Assembly (NCBI GenBank): GCA_900088475.1
Contig: FLMG01000529.1
Location: forward strand, 39,305 to 103,304
Source: Hyphochytrium catenoides
Lineage: Eukaryota; Protista; Hyphochytriomycota
Direction of reading: 5' to 3'
Length of the DNA stretch: 64,000 nt
Of the stretch, positions 49,986-61,328 are shown piece after piece. The translations under genes were made by a program, and so were the position numbers. How positions within the stretch are numbered: position 1 is the stretch's first letter; every line of letters starts with the position of its first letter. Under the pieces are notes generated by a model, which saw nothing but the letters and a program-made list of their open reading frames with translations, was not told the DNA's origin and did no database searches.

Positions 49986-51944
49986 ATGGGCATTCAGGGC
50001 CTAATGAAGCTCATCGCCGATGAGGCGCCCAATTCTCACAAAGAAATTGCTATGGAAGAACTAATGGGCCGTAAGGTTGCAGTTGACGCCAGTATGGCCC
50101 TGTACCAGTTCTTGGTAAGTCTTCAGGTGCGAGCCTGACGGCAACTGGACCTCATAGTGTCTTTTAGATTGCCGTTAGGTCAGGAGACGGGAGTGCACCA
50201 GCACAAATGCTAACAAACGAAGCAGGAGAGGTCACGAGTCATATCCAGGTAAGACAATGCTGACATTTAGCTCAACCGTGGCCCCGCTCAGATCTTGCGC
50301 ACAGGGTATATTTAACAGGACGATCCGAATGCTGCAGAGCGGTATCAAACCCGTCTACGTCTTTGATGGGAAGCCACCAGAGATGAAGATGCAAGAAGTA
50401 GGGCGATGAGATGATGTTCTTTGGATACCGGACGCAACATTAACAACCCGCTTCCTCTCCTTCCCCCTCCCACCCCAACCCCACCTCAAATACATTGTCT
50501 AACTCTCTAGCTCAAGAAGCGGAAGACGCAGAGAGAGAAAGCAGAGGCCGATATGAAAGCTGCAGAAGAGGCAGGGGGAGTTGAGGATGTAGACAAGTTC
50601 AGCAAGCGCACAACTAGGGTGACACAGCAGCACAATGACGATTGCAAGCGTCTACTGAGACTTATGGGAGTGCCCATTGTTGAGGTAAGCAACTGGTCTC
50701 ATTCATCATATCGCATGACTCATGACTCATTCGGGTGCTAAACCTATCAGGCGCCGTGTGAGGCAGAGGCATCATGCGCTACGCTAGCCAAAGCTGGCGT
50801 GGTGTATGGGACGGCATCTGAAGATATGGACTCGCTGACATTTCGTACTCCTGTACTGGTAAGCGCCTCTATATCCTGTCAACCCTACGACTACCTGGTG
50901 GCTCTTTGTCTGGAAGTCGACTATTTTTCGGAAGAGGCGACATTATTGTTAATTGCTATATGTAGCTCCGGCGTATGACTTTCGGGTCGGCTGCAGTGCT
51001 CTCAATCGACTGCGAGAAGGTCATATCTGGATTAGGGCTTACTTACGAACAGGCAAGTTAAAGTTTCGAAGAGTTATTTGCGGTGCTAGCGTTTATTGCA
51101 CTCTGAGCCGGGGCTTCAGCTTGGGCTTGGGAAATGTCCTCCATTAGCGATTGGTTTTGTTACCTCATCTCATATTGTACTGATTGTTCCGATGTGAGCA
51201 GTTTGTCGACCTCTGTATCCTATGTGGCTGCGACTACTGTGATTCGATCAAAGGTAAGGTGTCTATTGTGTCCAACTTGGCACGTTATATTCAAAGCCGC
51301 CGCAGGTATCGGTCCCAAGAAGGCTCATGCCGCTATCAAAAAGTATGGCAACATTGAAGGCTTTTTAAAGAACCTCAAAGAAAACCCGAACAAAGGGGTC
51401 CAGATTCCAGAAGATTGGTTGAGCGATGAGCCAATCTTCGTCCAAGCCAGAGAGATGTTCTTGAAACCTGAAGTGGTAGATCCGAGTAGCGTTCAGGTTT
51501 GTTTTCCCCAGACTACTACACCATTAATGGAACAACAAGGCTCACTGCTACCCCCTAGCTGAAGTGGGCAGATCCTGATGAAGAAGGACTGAAGAAGTTT
51601 CTTGTGGATGATATGGGCTTTAACGAACAGAGGGTGCTTTCAAATATCGAGAAGTTGAAGAAGACGAAGAGTAAGACTCACGTACATGTTTGGGGGCTCT
51701 ACTGAGAGCTAGCTGTACACTGACGGCACCTCCTTAGATGTACATTCCCAGCGCCGAATGGACAGCTTCTTCAAGGTTATTCCTTCTGACAACACCAACA
51801 AGAGGAAGGTGGGTACGCAAGAGCGTTCTAAGCATATTTGCTGCAGCTAATCTTCTACCGTTGCAGCCTGATGCGAAAGAGAATGCTAAGGTAGCCAATA
51901 AGAAGGCCAGAGGAGGGAAGACTGGGGGCCGCGGAAGGCGTTGA
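49986..51944 (+). CDS. FEN1: Flap endonuclease 1, multi-exon
   Basis: [10 protein letters not shown]; [13 protein letters not shown]; TSHIQG; YVFDGKP; [10 protein letters not shown]; SEDMDSLTF; LCILCGCDY; GIGPKKA; PIP box QRRMDSFF; basic tail. Confidence 0.97.
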
Positions 51945-54180
51945 TCACAGACTTTGCTGTACATATATTACTATTAAAAAAGATGGCCTTGCGAACGCAC
52001 TACCCCTGCTGCGACTGCGACTTTGAAGCTGTAAAACACACATGATAGCGCCTTCCTCAAGACTCACGCATTGCCGAAGTCGGGAAGCCTGCAAGGAATG
52101 CATCAATAACGTTTTCTTAGGAAGCAAATAGGGTCGTGCAGGAGTGAAAGGATTTAGGCAGATGATGCAGTAGCACTCAGCAGTATTAAAGGTCGCATCA
52201 AAGGATTCAGAAAAGCAGAATTCTTGATTATGTGAGACATCATGATACTACGTGCCCATCTGCCAAGAAGACCAAACTACGCAGCTTGGTAAGCTTGGTG
52301 AAACCTACCTTTAATGTCACAAAACTCTCTCCTGCAGGCACGGCAGCAGTGTGTCTTGTTCAGTCTCGCCAAAACCATAGGTCATCCAGGACCCTGACGC
52401 CTGGCGCTCAACAATGAGCTTCAAGATCCTGCGGATAGCCACCACCAGGAGCGTGTGCGGCAGGAGGAAAGCTCTGCTTCTTATGGGGAAGCCTGGACCA
52501 TGCAGACGCAACTCTCTCTACCCATCAGAAAGAACCAGGTTTGTGAGCTTCCTGAGCTTCTTGTTTACCAAGAAGAGTGACCAGTGGTGGGTGGTGGGTG
52601 GTGCCTACCGTGTCAGCCAGTATCTGACACATTCCGTGGGGGTCGCACCGAGGTTTGTAACAGTTGTGGGTGGTATAGAAGTCTGCCTTTGTGAGGGAAA
52701 ATGACGCTACCGGTGTGGGTCTGCAGTGATAGTGTCGACGAAGTGTGGTCGATGGCATTTTAGGTGAACCCCTAGTAGCTCAGCACACTAGCAGTAGTGT
52801 CCTTTTATATACTTGGTTAGCAGTAGTAGCATTATGCTGGTAAATGTAAAAACGTAAAAAAGCAGGAGGTAGTAGGATGATGATGATGAAGATCTAAGCT
52901 GCGGAATTATTATTCCCGAGGGGCGGTGTCAATGTAACCTCACTGGAAACCTTCACCTGGTGGGTGGCAGCATTCGCTTGCAAGGTCTTACCTTTTTGTT
53001 TTTCTCTTTCGTGGTTTTTTCCTTCTTCTTCTTTCTCCTGCCTCCTGTCACTTCTTCTCTTTCTTCTCTTCTCCTTCTTCATCATGCTGTGTTTTCTCCA
53101 TTATTATTGCCGCTAATGTTGCTTGCGTGGTGAGCCTCTAACTTTTTATAAGTAACTCCTCCTTTCGTAGTATCGATCTATCTCTTCACTCTCATTTATT
53201 CTCTTCTCCTCCTATTGTTGCTCTGCTGTTGTCCCCTTTTCTTCCTACTAGGTGGTGATACTTTCCTCAAAGTGATATTGCATGTTGGTGGCTGCGGCCG
53301 TGGTATCTCCTACGGTACCCATCATATGCTGCTGCTGCTGCTGTGTTTATTGGTACGACTACTTGTCCTTCTTTATTATTATCATCAATAAAGCTTTTGT
53401 CGCAAACCTGTGCTTCCACAAGCGTTTGTTGGTTGCGGTCTAGCACAGAAGCAAGGCATGTGCACACTCACAGTGTACATGATGTGAGATGATCTGGGCT
53501 AGAAAAGCACGGTGGTAGTTCTATCTGTCCACAGACACCAAGAAGGCCACATCAAGAAGGAGCATCGCCTTACATCATCCTTGCTAGTAGTTGTCGTCGA
53601 ATATAATAAGTCTGGTACGGAGTATGTTGTTGTACAAGTAATAAATCCCAAAGTAGACTGGAACAAGGCTCTTGGGATTCTGTAGGAAAGTTCCTACTGT
53701 ACTTACATAAGTACGAAGTGGAAAGGCAAGGCGGGGAAAGATAAGGCGGGGCTGTGCTGTTGTACAAGTTCGTACCTATACTTACAGTATACTTACTTAC
53801 TCTGTGCGGAGCCTGAAAGGTTGCAATGAAGTTAACTTTGGGGATGCATCAGAAGAGCCCATCAAGTCTCCTTGCATTGTCATCAGCTGGAAGCCTGTGT
53901 GACCGGCAGGCATCATGCCGGAGATAGGGCCGGTTAGGTCCGCTCTCATCGTCTTCTGGCATTATACACTCTACTGCTTCTGTCCATATGGCGATGGCGT
54001 GCCGCCCAGTAGTAGGGTTTGTGCATGATGGCGACCGTCTCGTACCTACTTATTGCTCTTTATTTCACAAGAGTATGAGGTCAAAGGCTCGGTGAGCTGA
54101 GGGTATTAAGCCTAGAGAGAGCGCCACTCTAGCCGTGCGACAACGAAGACTAGGATGATGAAAGTCAACTCAGTCCGAAG

Positions 54181-56334
54181 ATGAGGTGTACTGACGGCAG
54201 TCTGCAGGTTGACCTCTATTCTAAAGCACAGAATGGTAGAGCCCAGGAGTCTAGAGGTTGGACACCATAGTGACATAGGTACACCTCAAGCGAGAATCTC
54301 CTCCTTATTGCCTACTTACTACACGTACTTGCCCGACCATTCAGGAGAGGCCCTAAGCTCCGGAGGAGACAGGAAGACCTGTGAGTACCTTGGCGGCTTT
54401 TCTGGATAGTCTGCCTTTTGTCTGCAATATCTGAGATGCTATGTACAGGCCCTTTACAGTATGATGACCATGCCAAGAGCCTCATTGAAAAGTTGGTCCA
54501 GAGGCTGAGAGGACCTACTTCAGTCTACTCTTGGTATGCCGCAGGGCTATTCTCCCGTAGATGAAACTTGACTCAGTACTTATCCTTTAGGGGTTTGGGT
54601 GGCGACGGCAGACTGGGTCATGGGCGGACCAAGAGTCATGACAAGCCAGTATTAATAAAGGAGCTAAACCCCTACCGCATCGTCCAAGTGGCTGCGGGTG
54701 GGACCTTCAGCCTCTTCCTTTCAGGTACGTCATGCCTCGAAGCTGTAAGCATGTGCACGCCATAATATACTCGACTAGATGCTGGTGGAGTGTTTCAAGC
54801 TGGGAGGGTCTCCCTGGAGACGGATGAAGATTGTGGGGTAAAGTCTTGGGAAGCGCGACCAAAGGAAGGGTTCAGCGGACCCGTAAAGTGCATTGCTGCC
54901 GGATTCGATGCTGCCTATGCTGTCACAGGTTAGGACTTCGTTATCTTTACATTTCAACCTCTAACATCGGTGGTGTCAAAGATAAGGAGGCGTATGCATG
55001 GGGTGTAGATAAAGCTGGACAACTGGGCTTCCGCATTTCGAAGCCTGAAATCTTGACATCAACCGACAGCAGCACAAATCCCTCGCTGACTTCGTTCTTG
55101 ATGAAGCCTACACAACCAAAAAAAGTGCAAGAAACGCCACAAAAGCCTTCCCAGACAATGACGAAACCTAAAAAGATCTATCTTGTCGAGACACGTCCCA
55201 CACCTATTCCTCTGCCTACAGGGCGGCACATTACCAAAATCTCTGCTGGCAGGCGCTTTGCTTTGGCCCTAAGTGAAGAAGGGAGTCTTTGGTCTTGGGG
55301 CAGCAACGTGCATGGGCAGTTAGGCCGGGGTGCGTGTGAGAACTTTGGGCGAGCACAGCGACAACATTGATAGTAAATCTAACTCATGATATTTTCCCCC
55401 AGGGGACAAAAGCCCTTGCGGCGCTCCAGCCATGGTTACGGGGCTGGAGGGCGCAATAGTCATAGATGTGGCCGCAGGTCACTATCACGCCCTTGCGATT
55501 GTCGGTAAGTGCTAACTCCATTGATTCAAGGGGAAGGTGTGCAAGCTTACTTGTCACCTGGCTTTGTGGAGCAAGAGAGAGCGCAACAGAACGATGAGAT
55601 GCTTGTCCAACAAGTCTTCAGCTGGGGAAAGAGCGAGGGTGGGTGTCTAGGTCACGAGGACTATGAAGAAGACCAACCGCTGCCTAAGCCTATCCCAGCG
55701 CTAACCATGAGGAGTGCCACTAAGGTTAGCGCGGGTGCGGACCATTCCTTGGTGCTGACAGGTATAGAGTTCACAAACCTAAGGGCAGGTGCACAGCTGC
55801 TAAAAGCTCGCTCTCTGGGTCCAGCTAATGGCACGGTGACAAAAGTTGTTGCTTTTGGTAGCAATGCCTGCGGTCAGCTGGGGCTTGGTATCGTAGAGAC
55901 AACGTTGGCCCATCCATCTGTCGTCAAAGAGCTGGTATCAATCCCGATAGTGGACATAGCTGCTGGGAGCCAGACATCATTTGGCCTTACAGGTAATTAA
56001 TGGTATGGCGCCTCTCCGCTTTAAAGGTCCTTGACGTCATTATCATCCCGCTGAAGGTACAGGCCTAGTATACTCCTGGGGCTCGGCCGATTATGGCCTC
56101 CTAGCACATAATAACAAGCGAAATCGCTACCTTCCGTGGTTGGTCGAAACTCTCCAGAATCGGTGGGTCCTTTCCATCGACATTAACTACCACCATGGAT
56201 TAATTGTTTGTGATAAAGGTACGATTGCCTAGTCCCTTGCGCTCCAACTCACGTTAATCGTAGACTCGGATGTGCTGATCTACCTTTTCGTAGACGGCCC
56301 TGAGTGCGATAAATTGCGTAATCTAAAACTCTAG
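54181..56334 (+). CDS. RCC1/UVR8-like beta-propeller repeat protein, multi-exon (start uncertain)
   Basis: Repeats VYSWGLGGDGRLGHG, IVQVAAGGTFSLFL, AYAWGVDKAGQLG, ISAGRRFALAL...WSWGSNVHGQLG, VAAGHYHALA, FSWGKSEGGCLG, VSAGADHSL, FGSNACGQLG and YSWGSADYGLL. Confidence 0.9.
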
Positions 56335-56735
56335 AAGGCGGCAGGACAGAGTTTACCCTGTCTATATGTTGGGTTCCCTAGGACTCCACCAATGAATTGG
56401 TAGGTAGGGAGTGATGGTTTCATAGGTGACGATCCTCGCGTTGAGAAAGAGAACTTAGCAGACAGGCTACCTGAGAGCATCCTTGAATGTTAAAGACACC
56501 GCCTTCCGTTTTATCCCACAGTATGATGAGGAGATTATACATCTTACCCTTCCTGAAGACAGTCTACCCCTGGCAACCCCTTCACCGTGAGCAGTATCTT
56601 TCGAAGTGTTTCTTGTGCCTTAAAATTTAGACTGTCACAGTGCTTTGCTTTTTGAGCCTATCCCTTACTCCATCTGTCAGCGGTTAAGCGGCTCATGCAG
56701 CCATTAAGGCTTATCAACAGGCCTTTGTAGGCAGC

Positions 56736-56771
56736 AATGTCATTGCAATCACAAATGTCATTGCAATCACA
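56736..56771. repeat. Exact 18-bp tandem duplication (AATGTCATTGCAATCACA x2)
   Basis: Directly visible in an intergenic region. Confidence 0.9.
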
Positions 56772-57800
56772 TGTCTCCAGCGTTCGTAAGAGAGGCTTGA
56801 GACCTTCGTAGATTCTGAGAATAGGTGTGCATCTTGAACTATTTGACAGTGTCTTATGGAGGCCTAGGGCCGTCATCCTAACACTTCACCCTGCAATGTC
56901 AACATTGGCCCTTAGCGAGTCAACTAGTGATATTAAGTGCAGATGAATAGCTCCTTCGGAATATATCCACATGCCCGTATGCTGTACAGTCTTCGCCAAG
57001 CATAGACATTGCGGTCAAAAGTAGCATAGTTCTAGCTGATTCTTACGTTCGTCGATGCTTTTCACTGATTTTCTATGTTCACACGTACTCCGGAGTATTT
57101 CTTCGCGTTCCGATAGAAAGACAGCTAGCCTCCTACGTATTGTAGCAAAAAGATCAGAACAAGCTCCTTCAACAAGTCCACCTTCACGCTTCCTATCTCA
57201 AGAATCAGGAGGCGTCTCTGCTCTTCTTCCCAGCTTGCGGCCTTGTACCACCACCTGCTGGGTTGTCAAACACTATAAAAAGGATCTGCGGCACGGTCGT
57301 TTCTTCGCCTCTTCTTCTCTCCGCATCTTTTCAGAAGTTGAAGGTTTGAGTGTTGTGAAGAGAAAACACTGATCAATGAGGGAAGACAGCCATGTATTCT
57401 GAATAAGAGAGCTATTAGTGGGAAAGGTGCAGAATAGAATCTGTTCTGATTCCGTTGCAGCAACTCTGAGCTCTGAGCAGCCAGGTCTAGCAGAATGCTG
57501 ACAAAGCCTTTAAAAATCTCCAAAAAGAGAAAGCTTTTTGGTCATTCGTCTTTTGGCATCGCAAACAGGCGTCTCTGCTTATCCATTGTTTCTTGCTGCC
57601 TGGATGAGACGCTACGAGTAGTTGCCTTCTCATTTCATTGGGCTGACAGACCTGGCTACGTTCTATCTTGTTCTGTCCAGCCTCCATCTCAAAAGGAACG
57701 TTGTCCTGGTGATGTGCAGAGGCTGAAAGGGTGCATTCTGCCAAGCTGCCCCTTCTTGGAACACTTTAGTCCTTGCGAAAGTGCTTCAGAAGATTGTGCG

Positions 57801-59751
57801 ATGACACTTGGGCAGGATCTGCTTCAGTGGACGCAGCTTCTTATCCTATTTTGGTTTCTTATCGCTGTTGAGGTTAGCTACTATGTGATCGTTACCTTTT
57901 GCCAGGTCTTTCCATTCCCAAGTCTCTTAGACTACATCTACACCCATTCAAAGAGAGTTCGAGATGTATTCTCCACGCCTTTGCGATGGACGAGCAGGTC
58001 CAAGTCAGGGGAGTATGAATGGAGGTCTGCTGTTGATCTTATACGGGAGAATGGGTATCGAGTTGAGGAGCACACAGTGGAGACCAAGGACGGATTCGTT
58101 CTCGTTATGCAAAGGATCGCTGGAGGAAAGAGGCATGAGCAATCAGACGGGAATGGACGCAGGCCGGCAGTGTTACTGATGCATGGATTGCTGCAAAATA
58201 GCGAGGTAGGTTGACATGTGTTTCCTGTCGAGGAGGGATCTACTACTTAGCTAAGCGTGGGACATTGTGGCTACGACAGAGCTTTCTTATGAAAGGTTCC
58301 TCGCTTGGCTTCTTCCTAGCAGACGCAGGATATGACGTTTGGCTCGGTAATAACCGTGGGAACCGCTACTCGCACAAGCATATCCATTATCGTCCTAGCC
58401 AAGAGAAATACTGGGTAAGGAATAGTCAACTTTTTCTCTAGCTCTTGCGCTGACATGGTTGTCGTAGAACTATAGCATCGACGAACTGGCTCGCTATGAC
58501 GTTCCTGCAATGATAGAGTACATACTGGACATCACCAGCTCCAGACAGTTGTCGTATGTAGGGTTTTCGCAGGGGACGGCCCAAGCTTTCGCTGCTTTCT
58601 CTCATTCTCCCAAGGTGGGCACGTCGTTTGGAAATGAGGCCTCCTCTCTGATTAACTAGCCTTATTTTGCAGCTAGCATCCCGTGTCAATGTCTTCGTGG
58701 CTCTATCGCCTGCTGCAAGATGTCGGGGCTTGTCCAAATCTCTCCTATCTACTCTTGTCGAGAGCAATCTGAAGTTCATATACCTAATTTTCGGAAGAAA
58801 GGCTATGTTTAGCATTGTGACGTTTGTTCAGCCAATATTGTCCCGGCGAATGTTTGCGAAAGTAAGTTTGAACCCCTATGCACTTTGCGCAGCTAACTGA
58901 CAAGCATCCTCTGCCAGCTTTGTGACTTAAGCATGCGATACCTCTTCAAGTGGGATAACAGTCTGGTAAGTCCTCGGTATTGTCTAATCGGATCAGCCTT
59001 TTACCATCCTCATCTTTAGGTGTCAGAGGAACGAAAGCCGGAGCTCTACAGCCATATCTATGACACCGCATCTGTAAAATGCGTCGAACACGTAAGCGTA
59101 CATTGCCCGAGCAGTGTGGCAAACTACAACTTATAAGTAAATTTCAACAGTGGTTCCAGCTGATGAGAACAGGTTGCCTGTCTATGTATGAAGATGAGAG
59201 TCCTCGTTATGGACAAGTCCCTGTCAAGTAAGTGACTCCAGGTCCTTCACCCTTCCTATGCTGACACTCACATCTCGTAGGTATGATTTGTCCAAGATCA
59301 CGTGCCCGATTGCCTTGTTCTATGGACTGAAAGACACGGTAGGGCTTCTTTCCTTTCCCTGTTTGGTCATGGTGCCTGTTGTGGTGGAGGTCGTGATGAT
59401 GGGGGAGAGCAGGGTATCTTGCTCCAGACAGGTGTCTATCAGACGCCATTCTCATTAGAGCGCTTTTGGTGTCTCTGCTAGGTCATTGAGGTGCCTGATC
59501 TCATCAGCCAGCTGCCAGATACAACCTTCGTGCATATGGAACCAGAATTTGAGCATTTGGACTTCATCTGGGCCGATACGATCTCCTCAAAAGTCTATCC
59601 CTCCCTTCTGGCAGAGCTAGAGCGTTTTAACACTCAACCTGGAAAGGATCACCTGGGTCAGCGGCCTGCGGTTGCTTATTGCGTCCGTGAGACCAATAAT
59701 CTCACAACCCGTAGTGAGCCTGGGCAGGGTATTACTGCCATTGCAGGCTAA
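57801..59751 (+). CDS. Acid lipase/sterol esterase family alpha/beta hydrolase (TGL1/YEH-like) with an N-terminal TM helix, multi-exon
   Basis: [17 protein letters not shown]; LMHGLL; [19 protein letters not shown]; [11 protein letters not shown]; nucleophile GFSQG; G..D acid; EHLDFIW catalytic His. Confidence 0.93.
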
Positions 59752-60005
59752 CTCTATGACCTTGTGGGTTATAAGCAATTTGAACACCAAAATGTACTCT
59801 GGTGATTAGCAGACCTCCGTTAGCTGTGACGACTGTTCGTTCATTTACAGATTAGTGTCGCGGGGAGAGTTCTAAGAATTTTGGGCTAGGACGAAGAGTC
59901 GAACCCGCGAAATGGAGCGACGGCGAACATATACATGTACAAGAGGCCAGAAACGGTTGAACAGTGCTGAACGCAATGCTGCAAGAGAGGAAAGAGAGCC
60001 AAAAG

Positions 60006-60910
60006 CTACTTGGACGAAGAAAGAGTCCTTTGGCGTTTTTCATGGAGTATACGTTGTGCGCGATGAAGTTCGCCAGATTGCATAACTCTCCAGAAGAGTG
60101 GATAGAGCTCCTTAATCTTGTCCAGAACAGCCTGCTTATAGTTCCTGGCGTTGGACGTATGCAAATAGCCAATTCTACTCAGGACTTCCATGTATTCACG
60201 GACCGCAGAGACTTCACCCTTCTGTAGAGCTTCCCAATAGAGAGGGACCTCTAGTCTGAGTTGGTAGTCTATTTCCATATCTCCAGTGAGGGCGGTATCT
60301 TGGTCTCCATCAACATCGCTGTGCTCCCCCACTTTGGACTCTACCGTTGATCTGACATCGTCGTCCCCATGCGATCTCCGAGTCTCTTCTTGTGCCTCAA
60401 TATGCTCAGAGTCCATTAGAGTGTAGCATGTAAAGTGTGCATTAGTACTCAGGGCTAACATTGGGGCCCCGTTCCCGGCAAGCCAAAGGGAGAGGGTTTC
60501 TCTTCAGTCAGATACTCCTTTGATATCTTGCCATTGATCGAGGGTAAGCCAGGGTCGGTCTCTCTCCGCTTGCTGTTCAACAAATAGTGCAGCCCAACAA
60601 TCGAGCCTTACACTTCTTACAGGTGCTGGCTTTTTGAAAAGCTCCGAACGCCTATTGCCATATAGGGGACAGGATGTGGGTTCAATGCGTCAGAGGCGAT
60701 AGCAGTATCCCGTCTTCAGCGTTGATTCTTCCTCCTCGTCTCTCGCCACTTATAAGCTCTCGCTGCCTCCTCCTTCCGTCGCAAGAAAGACCCTGCAAAG
60801 AGCAATCCAGCTAATAAAAGGAGTTTGTCCAACTGGAACCTGTTTACCTTGGGTCCTTCGGAGTGTGCCCCTCTCAGTAGCGTGCTTGTAGTACTCGTAC
60901 CTCAATATTC
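60006..60910 (-). CDS. Hypothetical protein (last exon supported; 5' exons uncertain)
   Basis: 151-codon ORF 60006-60461 with an acidic then helical segment; plausible GT-AG sites upstream. No domain recognised. Confidence 0.35.
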
Positions 60911-61328
60911 ATCCCGCAAGGTCTGCCTATATCTCTGTAAGACTCCGACCATGTCGATCATCCTTGCTCCAAGTGTCAGAACGGGTACCCTCTTATCTTT
61001 TCCGCTGGACCTGCTAGAGACATGCCTTCTGTGTCTCGCTTTGATTGGCTGAGCCCTTGACTAGTAGAGGGCCCTGAGGCCATATCCCGCTCGCTCATTG
61101 GCTAGATGTAGGATGGAGTCTTCTGATTGGCTCAAGCGCACATATCCTCACCGTCTGAGATTTTCCCTTTAGATTCATACAAGATCTTTGCGTTGATAAC
61201 TGAAAACCAAAATGGGCGATTCCATACATTGTAGTTGTACTCGTAGGGTCTCGGCTTTATCTTGCATGCAATCTTGCAGGTGCAATTTCACATTGCAAGA
61301 TTGCAGTGAGATCCTAGACAGGCCTGAT

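Noticed and set aside
52232-52760. Minus-strand LRR-like fragments (LRKLTNLVLSDG, LTKLRSLVFLADG)
   Set aside because: Only two weak matches interrupted by stops, which is not enough to call a pseudogene.
57495-57800. N-terminal extension of the lipase ORF from 57495
   Set aside because: The sequence is not protein-like and Cys-scattered; the ATG at 57801 directly precedes the TM anchor expected for this lipase type.
5306-59751. Introner-like (transposon-derived) intron family
   Set aside because: The introns inspected share only splice and branch consensus, with no common internal sequence or terminal repeats visible by eye.
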